A DNA stretch of 64,000 nucleotides from Amphiscolops sp. MND2022 (lineage: Eukaryota), in the NCBI GenBank assembly GCA_964187785.1, contig OZ076409.1, forward strand, positions 10,790,001 to 10,854,000, written 5' to 3'. The translations under genes and the position numbers were made by a program. Shown here in pieces: positions 52,690 to 64,000 of the stretch. The notes beneath the pieces are model-generated. The model was not told the DNA's origin, did not search any database, and saw only the letters and a list, made by a program, of their open reading frames with translations. The first letter of the stretch is position 1. Each line of letters starts with the position of its first letter.

Positions 52690-53042
52690 TTTCGGTACTA
52701 TGTGACTTTTTCTAATGTTTTTATCCCCCTTCAATTTTTACAAGAAACCAAAAGCTTTGCGAGCATAGAGGACTCCTTAAGGGTTTCGACACTTTGCAAC
52801 CTACCGGAGGCATTTTTTGAAAGGCATTTCAGTTTTTTGAGGTTTTCGGCTAAGCAAGATGAGTTTTTCGCTGTTCCGAGTTGGGGGAAAAGTAGTTTTT
52901 GAGCCTTATACATATCCCGTTGGGTATTTGTTGGTACTGAAATTGATGAAATTTCAGCATTGGTGTCCGTTTGTATACTTAAAAACCTTTTACTTTTTTG
53001 AACTTTGAGCGGGGCGCCGACTTGGACTATTCCCAGCTTGTT
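52690..53042 (+). mobile_element. HINE-like element, diverged
   Basis: 3' GGCGCCGACTTGGACTATTCCCAGCTTGTT. Confidence 0.55.
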
Positions 53043-53106
53043 TCTGGTTCACCTAGGTAGTAACATGTACATGCGGATGACGTCATCATTGGTTGTTGTG
53101 TTGCAG

Positions 53107-53227
53107 CGTCGTGTTTCATTGTGTGCTGGCTGCCGTACTTCATCCTGTTCCAAGTGGTGGCCGCGTGCAGCGACTGTGTCTCCCAACAACTCATCACCAT
53201 CACCATCTGGCTCGGTTACCTCAACAG
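53107..53227 (+). CDS. HRH1: histamine H1 receptor-like GPCR, exon encoding TM6-TM7
   Basis: cag|(A)SCFIVCWLPYFILFQVVAACSDCVSQQLITITIWLGYLN(S)|gt; CWxPY and WLGY motifs. Confidence 0.93.
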
Positions 53228-53259
53228 GTACATACGTCACACATACGTCACACTCGGCA

Positions 53260-53577
53260 TAGCGACAACTCATATCAAGCGACAACTTATATCAAGCGAT
53301 AACTCATATCAATAAGGAAAAGCGAAAACTCATATCAACTTTGCCAATAGGTTACAAATACCTAAATGTTACCTCAAGAACAACTTATAATTAACTGCAA
53401 TCAAATTCCAAAGTTACACAGATTTTTACAATGAAATTTTGTTAATATTTTATAATTTCTAACAATTACTCTTCAATTATCTTAATTTTTTCTAATTATC
53501 GCATGAATTATTTGAAATAAATTTTCTGATATGAGTTTTGATTGATATGAGTTGTCGCTTGATATGAGTTGTCGCCG
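53260..53577. mobile_element. small MITE
   Basis: TIR GCGACAACTCATATCAAGCGACAAC / GTTGTCGCTTGATATGAGTTGTCGC with reiterated subterminal units. Confidence 0.75.
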
Positions 53578-54764
53578 TACGGTCATACTTATCCCACTTA
53601 TCCCGAATTCAACCTCCCAAGAGCCACGTATTCTAGTTGATAAGTGCTTGCTCGCAAAAACACTGCAAAACGTCATTTCCATCCTCCTTTTTGTTTTATG
53701 ATAATCAAAGGTTAGCCCTAAATAACCTAGTGGTACTTTGAAGCAACCTTACTTTTTCAACTTCTGACCCGTTTTGCCAGTAACCCATATTGTTTAGCAC
53801 AGTTTTTATTGCACAATTTGTTGGTACAAGTTTGATTTGAACGGCACAAGTATTAGGAAAAAAGAATTTGTCTCAAAAACTAAGAATAAAATCCTTTACT
53901 TTTTCTAAGTCCTTGGTCCATAAAAAAGCAAACCAATACCCTCCCACAAAAGGACCTTACTCAACAAACCCAAATGACCAAATGATATGTAGTTGTTACA
54001 AGCCCCCGCGCAGCGGACCACATGAAGCGACGGTACCGGAGAAACTAAAATTCTGAAGGAGGCTCGCCTTATGAAAACTAAAGCCCTGTACCACACCTTT
54101 CAAACGCGCTATAGTTCATTTCCCCGGTAAGCGTAGTTGTGGAGATATTTATGATTGAAAATTTTCAATAGGATTTTTCCAAAATTTGCAAAAACACACA
54201 GGTCAATTAGGATTCACCAAGTTTTAGTTGTTTTCAGAAATGTTTTGAAATGATTGAAATTTTGTGAAAAGTACAAAAATTGTCGAACATTATTAACCAA
54301 ATTCATGTAGAGTTGTTTCTGTGAACTTTCTTTGCGCAATAACGATAATTGTGTTGACACTCCAGGGCTACCCAGCCTGAAGCAATTCGGAAATTTTGGC
54401 AAGATTCTTTCAAATGAAAGACAATTTTGGGGAAAATCTTTTTTTTTGGGGAAATTTTCAGAATCTCGTGAAGTCGTGCAACAAATTGCAGGGTATTTTT
54501 TGAAAAAGTCCTCTTTTTTATTTTTAAAAATGCTCAAAACCATCTATTAGTACAGCTCGAAGAATAATTCAAGAATTACGAAGAATTATATCAAGAACTT
54601 GATTGACCACGCCAAAAATTAACTAACCAAAAACTCAATGACATCACAAAAAATCAGATTTCGAAAAAAAAGCAGAAGCATCCGACGCAAAAGGTTGAAA
54701 GACATCAGGAAATGTGCATCATAGGTAAACAAGCGAAACACAGGTGCCCTGGAAATGAATTAAT

Positions 54765-55262
54765 GGTTGGAACTGCTTGAAGTTTTTACTAGTTTTTGTA
54801 GGTTACCAAGCTAATTTTTCATGATTCTATATAATTCTCAAAGAAACGTCCATGCATTGAAACTTCATTGATTCAATTTAAATTTATCAAGCTGTCTATG
54901 AGATGCATCCTAAACTTGGCGACAATTCCGAGCCGCGAAGTGTTGCAAGTTCCATCAGGACGCAGTTATAATATTGAACGCAGCTGAGACCTTCATCAAT
55001 TTTACCGCGATTTCAATGCAAATAAACTTCAGGCACATTTTCAGTTTCAAAGTTGCGTCATATGTATCATGCTCTTTGACTAACGGTGATTACATAAGGT
55101 ACATATAGTACTTACTTGAGAAATTTACGCGTGAAAACAAAGTGATCGCGGCGATGAACTAATGGAAATGTTTTCAGTTTCACTTCAAGTAGTGGGAGAT
55201 GCACTGTAGTACCACAAGTTGTTTCCATGTATCCCTCGTTAAAAAATACACATTTTGTAAAA
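54765..55262 (+). mobile_element. family A element homologous to 9182-9699, ends degraded
   Basis: Colinear similarity starting gttggaactgcttgaagtttttac. Confidence 0.7.
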
Positions 55263-57392
55263 TTCTTGCAACTAATTTTGTAAAATCTTGTGAGACTCTT
55301 GGGAGATTGTAAGAAAATGCATTAATTAACACTAAATCTTCAAAAATTCTAGTAATTTGCAAATTACGGCTGTACAAAAAATGCACAAACTTTACGGAAT
55401 TCGTACAAACGTTGAGTAGTTTGACTTGGGTAATAGTTGATGACGGAAACTTTGATAGTAAAAAAACTAGCCGACATCCTTGCTGTACTATGAGAGGGAG
55501 AGTGGTGTCCGTATCTACTTTTAATTTTGAGAAGTATGAGGTACAAATCGGAAAAATACAGACAATTTTTTCAGGCTTTTTTTATCCAAAAACTCTAAGA
55601 ACGAAAAAAAATTGACGTCATTTTGAGCTAAAATGTAGCCTACAAAAATCTTGTACAATTTACGGAACCATGGACTCTGTATTCGGTCTCTGTTCTGAGA
55701 TATAAGGAATCAAATCTGATAAACACTCAAAAAATGCGGTTTTTTCAGAACTTCTTTGCAAAAAACAATGAATTAGAAATTTTTTGAAGGCGAAAATGTT
55801 TTCTAGGATCTTGCGCAACTTTTAGCGGAAACATGGTATCCATATCCGTTCTCTATTTTGTGAAATTTTCTCACAAGTTTGTAAATTCGGCACGAAGTCT
55901 GCGAAATAAACTCTACCATATGGGCATGTCGCAAAGCTCGCATCCCCAAAATTCACTTCTCGACCGTCCAAACCTTCGGCTACTTGATCAACGCAGAAAT
56001 CACTGTTTTCGAAACATTTAACCTTTAACTTTCCAGAACTTTTGAACACGGTTTTCCAGATCTTATCCATTCGATTCCATTTTCAAGAACCTTTTCTCAG
56101 TTCTCTCAAATTATCTTATTGAGTTGATCATTTTCAATTTGAACTTCTTTCAATTAAATTGTCACAAAAAAGAAGCAGATGTTCAGAAACGATGTTCAGA
56201 GACGCTTCTCAGACAGATGAAAGTCAAAGTAATCAAACGGTCACTAAAAGAGATGGTTTGTTTGATGTTGAAAATGTATAATCATAATAAGCTGGGAACG
56301 GCATACGTCAGCACGCCGTTTGACGCTCGAAAAGAGCAGAAGTCTTCAAAGCGTCAAGGATCTTCTTCTGACAAAATTCTCACTTTCACAGCAACCAAAA
56401 AACCAAAAGGATAACCCTTAGTGCTTGAAAAAAAGCTTTTTTGCTTCTAATACCAGCAGAACCATCACGATCAAATTCAACGATCTACTCCTCAAATTAA
56501 CATAAAAAAGTACAAAGAACATTTCTAAATTAAAGGTCTCCCAAACACTCGCAACGTGCCGGGAAAATTCAAAAGGGACCCTTCGGGCTTGAAAGAGCTC
56601 TTTTAAAACTAAAAGTTCAAAGAAACTAAAATTGTGTTTTTTTGGAAATTTGGAACTTTCACGAGAAAAAGTCTGACAATGACAGAAAACAAACATTAAA
56701 CCTCTTTTTTATTTGACCGATACGCCCTAGGATCAGTGACATGTTTTCCGCGCCAAACTATTCTACAGTATTCTACAAAAATTGAGGCTCTAGAAGAGAC
56801 AATGCACTATGAAGATACAAAAACGTTCGAAGGAAAGAAAGCTTTGATTCAACTTAGACCATTTTTAAAGGAAACGCCTAATTGATAAAGTCCCTGAAAA
56901 AACTATTGAATTTTTCTTTAATAATTGTCAATTCAGGTCTGAATTATTCAAAATTATGATCTGAAAGGATAAAAAACAAGATCTAATTATTATGAAATTG
57001 GGATCTAAAAATTACAAGTTTCAGATCTCAAAATTGATCATATAAGATTGACAAGTTGCAGAATGGGTTCATTGAAATTGGCCGTGAAATTGCTAATAAA
57101 ATGGTAAATTTAATAAATATTCAGATTTCAAGAAATTCAAGATTTTTTGAAAGAAGTTAGACTTTCCAAGATCTTGAAAAGAAATTCAAGAGGTAGCATG
57201 ATTATGTAGGAAAATCCAAGATTTTGGCAAGAAATTCGAGAGTTTTTACACTGCGTTGTCCAAAATTGGCGTTAAAAATACTGGGATAATTCAACTTTTG
57301 ATTTCCATTTTCCATGAAAGTTTTCAAGCCCAACAGTTATTTACAAATAGATTCGTTGTAGCACCTTAACAAAAACTGTTTGTTTATTACAG

Positions 57393-57615
57393 CAGTGTCA
57401 ATCCGCTGATTTACCCTCTCTGCAACAGACATTTCAAGGACGCATTCAAACTCATTCTATGTGGCAAGAAGTACGGTCCCAACGCCAGATACTTGAACCA
57501 GAAATTCGGCACTGCGCAACAGCGGACCCCTGTACACCTACGAGGAGTAGCCGCGGGGGGCGCACCAGTAAACAGACCCCCCTGCTTGGAGAGACAGAAA
57601 ACCGCTGCTGTATAA
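57393..57615 (+). CDS. HRH1: histamine H1 receptor-like GPCR, terminal coding exon (NPxxY, helix 8, C-tail)
   Basis: (S)SVNPLIYPLCNRHFKDAFKLILCGKK...KTAAV then TAA at 57613-57615. The six exons sum to 1296 nt (432 codons) in one frame. Confidence 0.92.
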
Positions 57616-57655
57616 TTTTTACAAATAGCCAGGGACTCCCTAAAAATAATGGCAT

Positions 57656-57988
57656 CCCTAATCGAAGTTGCCACGAAGTTTTACAGGCACCTTCAAAAAA
57701 TGTCGGCTAATTTTTTATAAAACATGGAAAATTCAGGGACAATGCCTGGAAACATTTTGTGAAATTAACAGGCAACTTATAAAATTTTGCAAAAGTAATA
57801 GGCAACTAAGAAAATGCTGGCAGCATTTCAAGTAGCTCTTGAAGAATTTCCCTGCAGTCTGTACAACATTTGAAAAAATCCATGTAGTGTCACACGAAAA
57901 ATTCAACAAAAAACCTCCAAAAACGACCTAATAAATTACCCTGGAACCTATAAAAGATTGCAATACTTTCGAGCACTTTCAACTAGGT
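57656..57988. mobile_element. decayed family A element just after the receptor stop codon
   Basis: CCCTAA...AACTAGGT termini with TSD AT; internal aattttttataaaacat.gaaaattcag shared with the 11178 copy. Confidence 0.55.
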
Positions 57989-59499
57989 ATTCATGGACAT
58001 GAAACCATCAATAATGCTTCGCAAAAATTTAATTATATCTCTTTATTTTTTAAAAATAAATAAATAATGGAAATGGTAAATTTCCCAAACAATTGGAATA
58101 AAAAAACGCAAATTAGATTATGCCGGAAATTAATTCAGCGTCCCAGGATTTTTTATTGACCGATAAGAACAATTCAGCTTTCAAGTGTATTGGTGTGACG
58201 CTGTGCCTTGAGTACCCAATATTAAACTTGGCGCGGCTAAATTATCTTATTATATTAAGTATTTGAACTAAATTATTTTCTGAAATCTACCTGAGAAGAA
58301 ATAATTTTTATTTTCGTGATGAAAAATAAATAATTTGCGGCCATTATTTCTATAAAAACTATTTTTTCGGAGTCCCTGCAAATAGCCCGGCCATCAATAT
58401 TCACGTTGAAAACAATTTATTTGTTATGATTTTGAAAAGATCACACCACGTTTAACCCTCCATTTTATGGAAGTTCAAAACAAAATTTCAGTTCATTAAT
58501 TGCCGTAATTTTCCTGTTCATCTGTGATTTTTAATCAAGATTTTCTTTGATGCTAATCATTTCTAAATGCGTTGCTTTTACCTTAATCATTGTCATTGAT
58601 CAGAAGCTGTAAATACGGTTTTTTAGGGTCTTTAGCATCAAACTGCAGTATGTGTGAATATGTGTGTCAGCATTTCATTTGTTTTTTAGTGTTCGTTTTG
58701 TAGTTCGTTAAATTGGTTCAAAGTTTCAGTCATTATTGCTGCATTGTAAAATGATTGAATTATCAATAATTCTCCAAATGCAGAACTGTTTAATTCTGAT
58801 GATAGTAGGATCCCACTATCACTGATATTTAGATATGACACTTTAAGACCTAAATCTGGAAATTGATTACTTGAAAAACTGGAACTTTTTTTTAGTGTTT
58901 TTCTCCCATATGTCGTTGAACAAATAATATTTGATTAACTGATTACTTCACTAAATTGTTAGTTTTTGACGTATTGTGATACAGCTCTACTTTTTTCACA
59001 ATAATGGCAGTTTCTTTTCAATGCTTTGTGGGGGAATAAAAGTCAAAATTTCCCAAAAAACTAAGAATTTATTCTGACACCGCAGTTTTGATACATAGTC
59101 ATGTTGGTAAAACTTGGCGTTTAATTTTCTATTTTCAGGTTGCTTCGTTTGTTAGATTTTGACTGGATGTCACGGTAGAAAATTGAAGTATTTGATGTTA
59201 GAAGACTATTTGTATTCTGTTCGTGACGTAAATATATTTCAATTCTGTAAAACTATACTTAATTAGAAAATAGATATTCGTTTGAACAACCATTTTGTTC
59301 CTAAACGTCATTTAGGAGGAAAGTGAGTCCGTGAAGCAGTTCATGTTTTTTTTTTAAAAAAAACTTTTTTTTCCAAAGTTGACTTTGAGAAGAATCAAAA
59401 ATTGTTAGATCATGAATGCAGCTAAACACCATGTGAAAAAAAACACAATTTGTCTAAGTTTCTTGAAAGATTTTTCAGAAAAGTCCTCTCATTGCAAAA

Positions 59500-61420
59500 T
59501 TCTCTCAAACTCTCAAAAGTATACTTTGGAAACAGTTTGCTAGCCAATGTTCCGAAATTGTCATTGAAATAACACGTTTTTGGCTATTTCTCGGCAACTA
59601 CTGGTTGGAATCACTCGCGGTTTTTTGGGTTTGCAACGTTATACCCTATACTAACAGAAAATAGGCAAGCGAAACCTGGCAGGTTCCAACTAAAGTCTCT
59701 CAAAAAATTTTCAAGTTACACCTTTTACACTCTGGGAACAATGAGAAAAATACATGTTTTCCCTAAGAACTTTTTATTTCCCAGTTCCCAGATGTTCGGG
59801 AAAAACTAGTTCTAAACGTAACGTAACAAGGTGTAATAACTTTATTCAGGGGACTGGGGTTGTTTCAATTATTAGTTTTGATGTTATAACTCTCAGGTCT
59901 ATGGGGTCCTCTACTCAGGTCTATGTATATAAAAGAAAATCAAAAATTAAAGTTTCAATTTATATTGGGGAAGGCTAAAAAACGTCCTGGCAGTAGTGTT
60001 TTGTACTACCAGGCTCGGGAAAAGTTTTTGGACTGCTTTAGAAGCTTGGAAACAGACACCCAAGGCTTCGCTTCACCAAATTTGAACTTTTAGGCCAAAA
60101 TTGGCGTTTTCTCAACAAAAGTCACTGAATTTTACAACGTTTCAACAATTTAGCCAAACAAATTTTTCTGTTTCTGACCTAGCTGGTCTGATGGAACGCT
60201 TTTCTCGCATTCCCACTGGCCGTGTTCTATTCTACAAAACTTTGACTTTCAAATTCAGTAAAAATTGAAATTTGAGCTATATATGGTGTTATTTTCAATG
60301 TTTTTGCGCTCAAATTTTTTACCACCGGTCCGAACACCCACAGGGTATTTTTCCAGTTAGTTTAAGTAGGAATAGGCCTGCGAATACGCTTTTTGGGCTG
60401 GTAAATAGGGAAAATTGGAGATGTAACCCAATTGACGTGGTAGTACTGCAATCACATGGGTGCATGAGGTGTGGTCGTGTAGGACGTCACGACTTTGTTT
60501 CAGCTAACGTGAACCTTCACTGCACGTCCTCTCTGTCCAATACGTTGCAAATTTGCTGAAATGAGGCTACAGAACCCTTTAAAACAGAATCCGGTGAAGC
60601 CGGATCGTAAATTTCGACAAGCAGAAACGGTATTTAAGCGTTACTTTGCTATAAATCAGGTTTTTCTCGTTTCAGACCTCGGAAATACGCAGGAAACGCA
60701 GAAAAAACACTTTTACAAAGCCAGTAAGGCCTGTAATCTAGGATTCTCCAGAAAGTTTTCCTAGATCCAGACCTAGCAGGCCGGAAAAACCATTATGACG
60801 AAAAGTTGGAAAAATGTCCCTTGTGGGGCGCCATAAAAACTATCCTAGATGTAACGTCAAGCTAATAGCTACATTCTAAGAGTGGGACAATGCCCGCACA
60901 CTCAAAGTCTGGATAAGTCCCACAAGCATGTTAAAACGTTCTTAAAGGTTCCTGTGGTCCTACATACCTCCAAGGTCAAAAAGGTGACCTGAAAAACGTT
61001 ATATTTGTCGAACGAGATCTAAAATAGGCAAATAATAGGTCTTCCAGGACCATTTCCATCACACATCTGTCAAATAACATAAATTAACAATGTATGACAC
61101 CAAAAATAGCACATTCTGCTCCTTCATGAAACTTCCAGAGTTCTCTGGGTGAACCATTGTCGGCTTTTGATTCCTTTCCGGTTTTTCCATGACATCTTCT
61201 TGATTAAATGGCACACAACTGTGATTTCGGACGTTTCTTCTCTTCTGGGATAGTGTATCTCGTCTCCTGTGGAGTTTCGGATGTGGTGGGGGCGTGTCCC
61301 TTTTTTCTTCTTTATTTTGTTCTCCTTTTTGATTGCAAGGACCTGCCAGGTCGGCCATATTGACTCGCACATTTTCTGGTTCTTCAACGATTGTTTGGAT
61401 GTTGACTGGTGGACGTTACA
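59500..61420 (-). mobile_element. second LTR retrotransposon, truncated (LTR 60850-61420, PBS 60816-60833, leader remnant)
   Basis: TGTAACGTC...GACGTTACA inverted ends; minus-strand TGGCGCCCCACAAGGGAC resembles a tRNA-Lys PBS; no gag ORF found; left boundary approximate. Confidence 0.65.
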
Positions 61421-61924
61421 TCACTACGCGAAACAGTAGTTTCTTCGAACTGGTAGTATATTAAATTGGACATAATCTGAGAATTCTTCAAACAGTTTAA
61501 TTAGTGAAGTTGGTTTGTTTCGTTTGGTTATCCATTTAAATTAAGAGAGCCATTTGCGTTAACACTTGCGTTTAAAATTTGTGAGAAATTCGACAGGAAA
61601 AATCAAAAAAATTTTAAAAAGTGATTTTCAAATTGCTCAGGAATCGAAATTTGAAAAAAAAACAGTAAACGACAATTGACGGAAACATCAACCATATTAT
61701 CTAATACCACATGGTTTTGTTTCTTTGAACATGCCTTCAGACTCTTTATGACCTTTCAATTTTACCATAGTGCTCATTTATGAACATCAAAATGGGAATT
61801 TTGTAGATGAATTTGTTAAATTAAATGTATAATGTTGCAATGCTGAAATCCTCAACTCAAATGAAAAATAATAGTTGGTCATATAAGGACTAGGTCGGTG
61901 GGATAATTCTTCCTTGAATTCTAT

Positions 61925-62078
61925 CTAAAATGTGATGCTGGAAATTGGCTGTTGTCTCCGCTTGGTGGCGTCCTTGTTCTCTCCTGACTCCGCCCCCTGC
62001 TTGTGTGTGGGCCCCCCGTTCTGCTCAGTGGCCCACGGGGACTGTGTTTTGTGGTTCTCGTGCTTCGGTTTTGTGAAC
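61925..62078 (-). CDS. putative terminal coding exon of an unidentified convergent gene
   Basis: Acceptor tttgatttttcttttag; FTKPKHENHK...QPISSITF then TAG; GC-rich; phase matches the exon at 63533-63707. Confidence 0.6.
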
Positions 62079-63532
62079 CTAAAAGAAAAATCAAAGCAAT
62101 TTTTCATGACTTGGGAATTGGCGTTGTTCGTGTTTGTGGAATGCAACGGCCAAACTGTCACCATCAGACCAAACTTTCCCCCCACTTTCTTTTCTGTTTT
62201 CCCCCCGCCACCAAAATTTTTTTGAATTTAAATTTCCTTCCCAATTTTAGACTAGCCTAATTAAAAGTAAAACCTTCTTTCATAACAGGATGTGAGCGTC
62301 TATTGGAAAAGTTTTTTGTTTGAACAAAAACTTTTTCACATATTTTAACTATATTTTTGATCACATTCACTTTTTTGTGACACAAAACAGGAAGCTGTTA
62401 ATTTTCTAATCAAAAATGGTGACTTTATATGGAAAAATATTGACTTCATAAGGAAAAATAGTGTGAACAAATTTTATATCTCAATTCCAAATTGTCACAC
62501 TGTGGAAATGAAATAAAAAATTAAGGTTTCTGGTTTGTATGCAAGTCTTTTTTTTTTACATTTTTCACTAATTTTCACTAAATTTGGTGGTGGGGGGATT
62601 TTAAACAGAAAAGAGCCACAATTTCAGGCAGAGTTGTTGAATAGTTTATTACATTTGATTGAAATACTGTCTTTTGATATAAACCCGATAGTATCGTGTT
62701 GAAGATATTGATACTCATCGATTGTTTTAACCTTAGATTTAGAGATCTTAACAGTGTTATACAGTTCATCCATTTCGGTTGAAAAAACAGTACCTGCTAC
62801 TGAAGATTAATTACAACCTCAGATACGGAAACTTGAGATACATCTATTCATCTTTTTGTATGTGGCAAAAAACCCAACGCAATATGCGGTTCCATGTAAT
62901 TGCATTCATTCAACTATATGGCTCCATACGACAATTTCATTGTGTTGCCATGCATAGAATCGTATGAAATCATATAGTTCCATGTGAGGATTTGCATGGA
63001 AACATCATGAATTTGGTAGTATACCTGAAACGCTCTGAAAGAAAAATGAATGAAAAAAAAAACAAAAATGTTCTCGTTTGAAAATTAATCACTTTAAGGT
63101 TTTGGTCACTTTTAGTATCTATTTTTGGCATTTAGAACTAATGTTTTCAATAAATGTTAAGCCTACGATAAAGAATCACCTCGGTTCAGTTCTGTAAGTT
63201 TTTGTTTTTCTTTGCTCCACTTCAGAAGGAATGGGCTCACTGAAAAATGATCACTAGAATTTCGTTTTTCGAGAAATATCAACTCCGTCCAGAATGCTCA
63301 ACTTTCAGATGAAATGACAAAAATAAGAAAAAAACACTCAAATACAATGGTTGAGAAAACATATACAAAAGCAATCCCTGCAACATCCTTGCTTTTAAAT
63401 CACTCCTTGGAGGATCTTGCAAATACCTGCATTCCTCACAAGAATCTTGCAAGCAAATATAATATCCGTGGAACCTTGCAGGGAAAAATGCTTTTTGAAT
63501 GAGAAAAAATGCAGCCAGGGAATTGATCTTAC

Positions 63533-63707
63533 ATTCTCGTGTAGTTTTCGTCAGTTCCGTAGGGAGCAGACATGGACAATCGCGCACTGTGGGAGCGGGA
63601 GAGGACAGACGACGAGTGTCCCCCATGCATGAATGCCTCTTCCATGTGAGTGACAGGGTTGGACCTGGCTGTTGCAGGCATCCTGCTCACTGATTTCTGC
63701 TGCACAT
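63533..63707 (-). CDS. putative internal exon of the unidentified convergent gene
   Basis: Acceptor ttttttcgatgtattttag and donor gtaaga; open frame VQQKSVSRMPATARS...DENYTR; GC-rich. Confidence 0.6.
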
Positions 63708-64000
63708 CTAAAATACATCGAAAAAACCTTCTTGAACAGGACATTTTAGTGAAAGGAACTTGAATGCAATGTATTCAGATACGGCATGAAATTCAATTTT
63801 GAGAAACCCATGTACAACTATGATTTTCTTCGAAGTTCCTGTAAACAAAACACATTTTTATTGTCGTCATTAGAGGATGGATTAGTTCCCGTCGAAAATT
63901 CGAAATCACAAAACTGGGTCTATGAGACGTGTAATTTTGCAAAAACCTGCCCCTAGATCAGGATTTAGTAGTAAATACAAGTTGTTGAAAGTGATATTAC

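Noticed and set aside
61059..61387. Minus-strand ORFs of 87-103 aa
   Set aside because: They lie inside the putative LTR and show no motifs.

Overview
AT-rich, repeat-dense animal (invertebrate-like) genomic DNA with no prokaryotic features. The main host gene is a + strand, multi-exon histamine H1-type GPCR. Six phase-compatible GT-AG exons (8954-57615) encode TM2 to the stop codon across two ~21 kb introns; the TM1 exon was not found in the window. The left 7.35 kb is the 5' half of a minus-strand Ty3/gypsy retrotransposon: LTR, offset PBS, long leader, gag with two zinc knuckles, a putative degenerate protease followed by an intact one, and a disrupted pol. A second, truncated LTR element and the last two exons of a convergent minus-strand gene lie at the right end. 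The introns contain CCC...GGG MITEs with 2-bp TSDs, HINE/DINE-1-like elements, hAT and Tc1-type MITEs, a decayed LINE, SINE remnants and minisatellites. The most unusual structure is a pair of adjacent, perfect 194-bp palindromes, both centred on CATATG (31176-31585). All calls were made by eye; no database searches were run.
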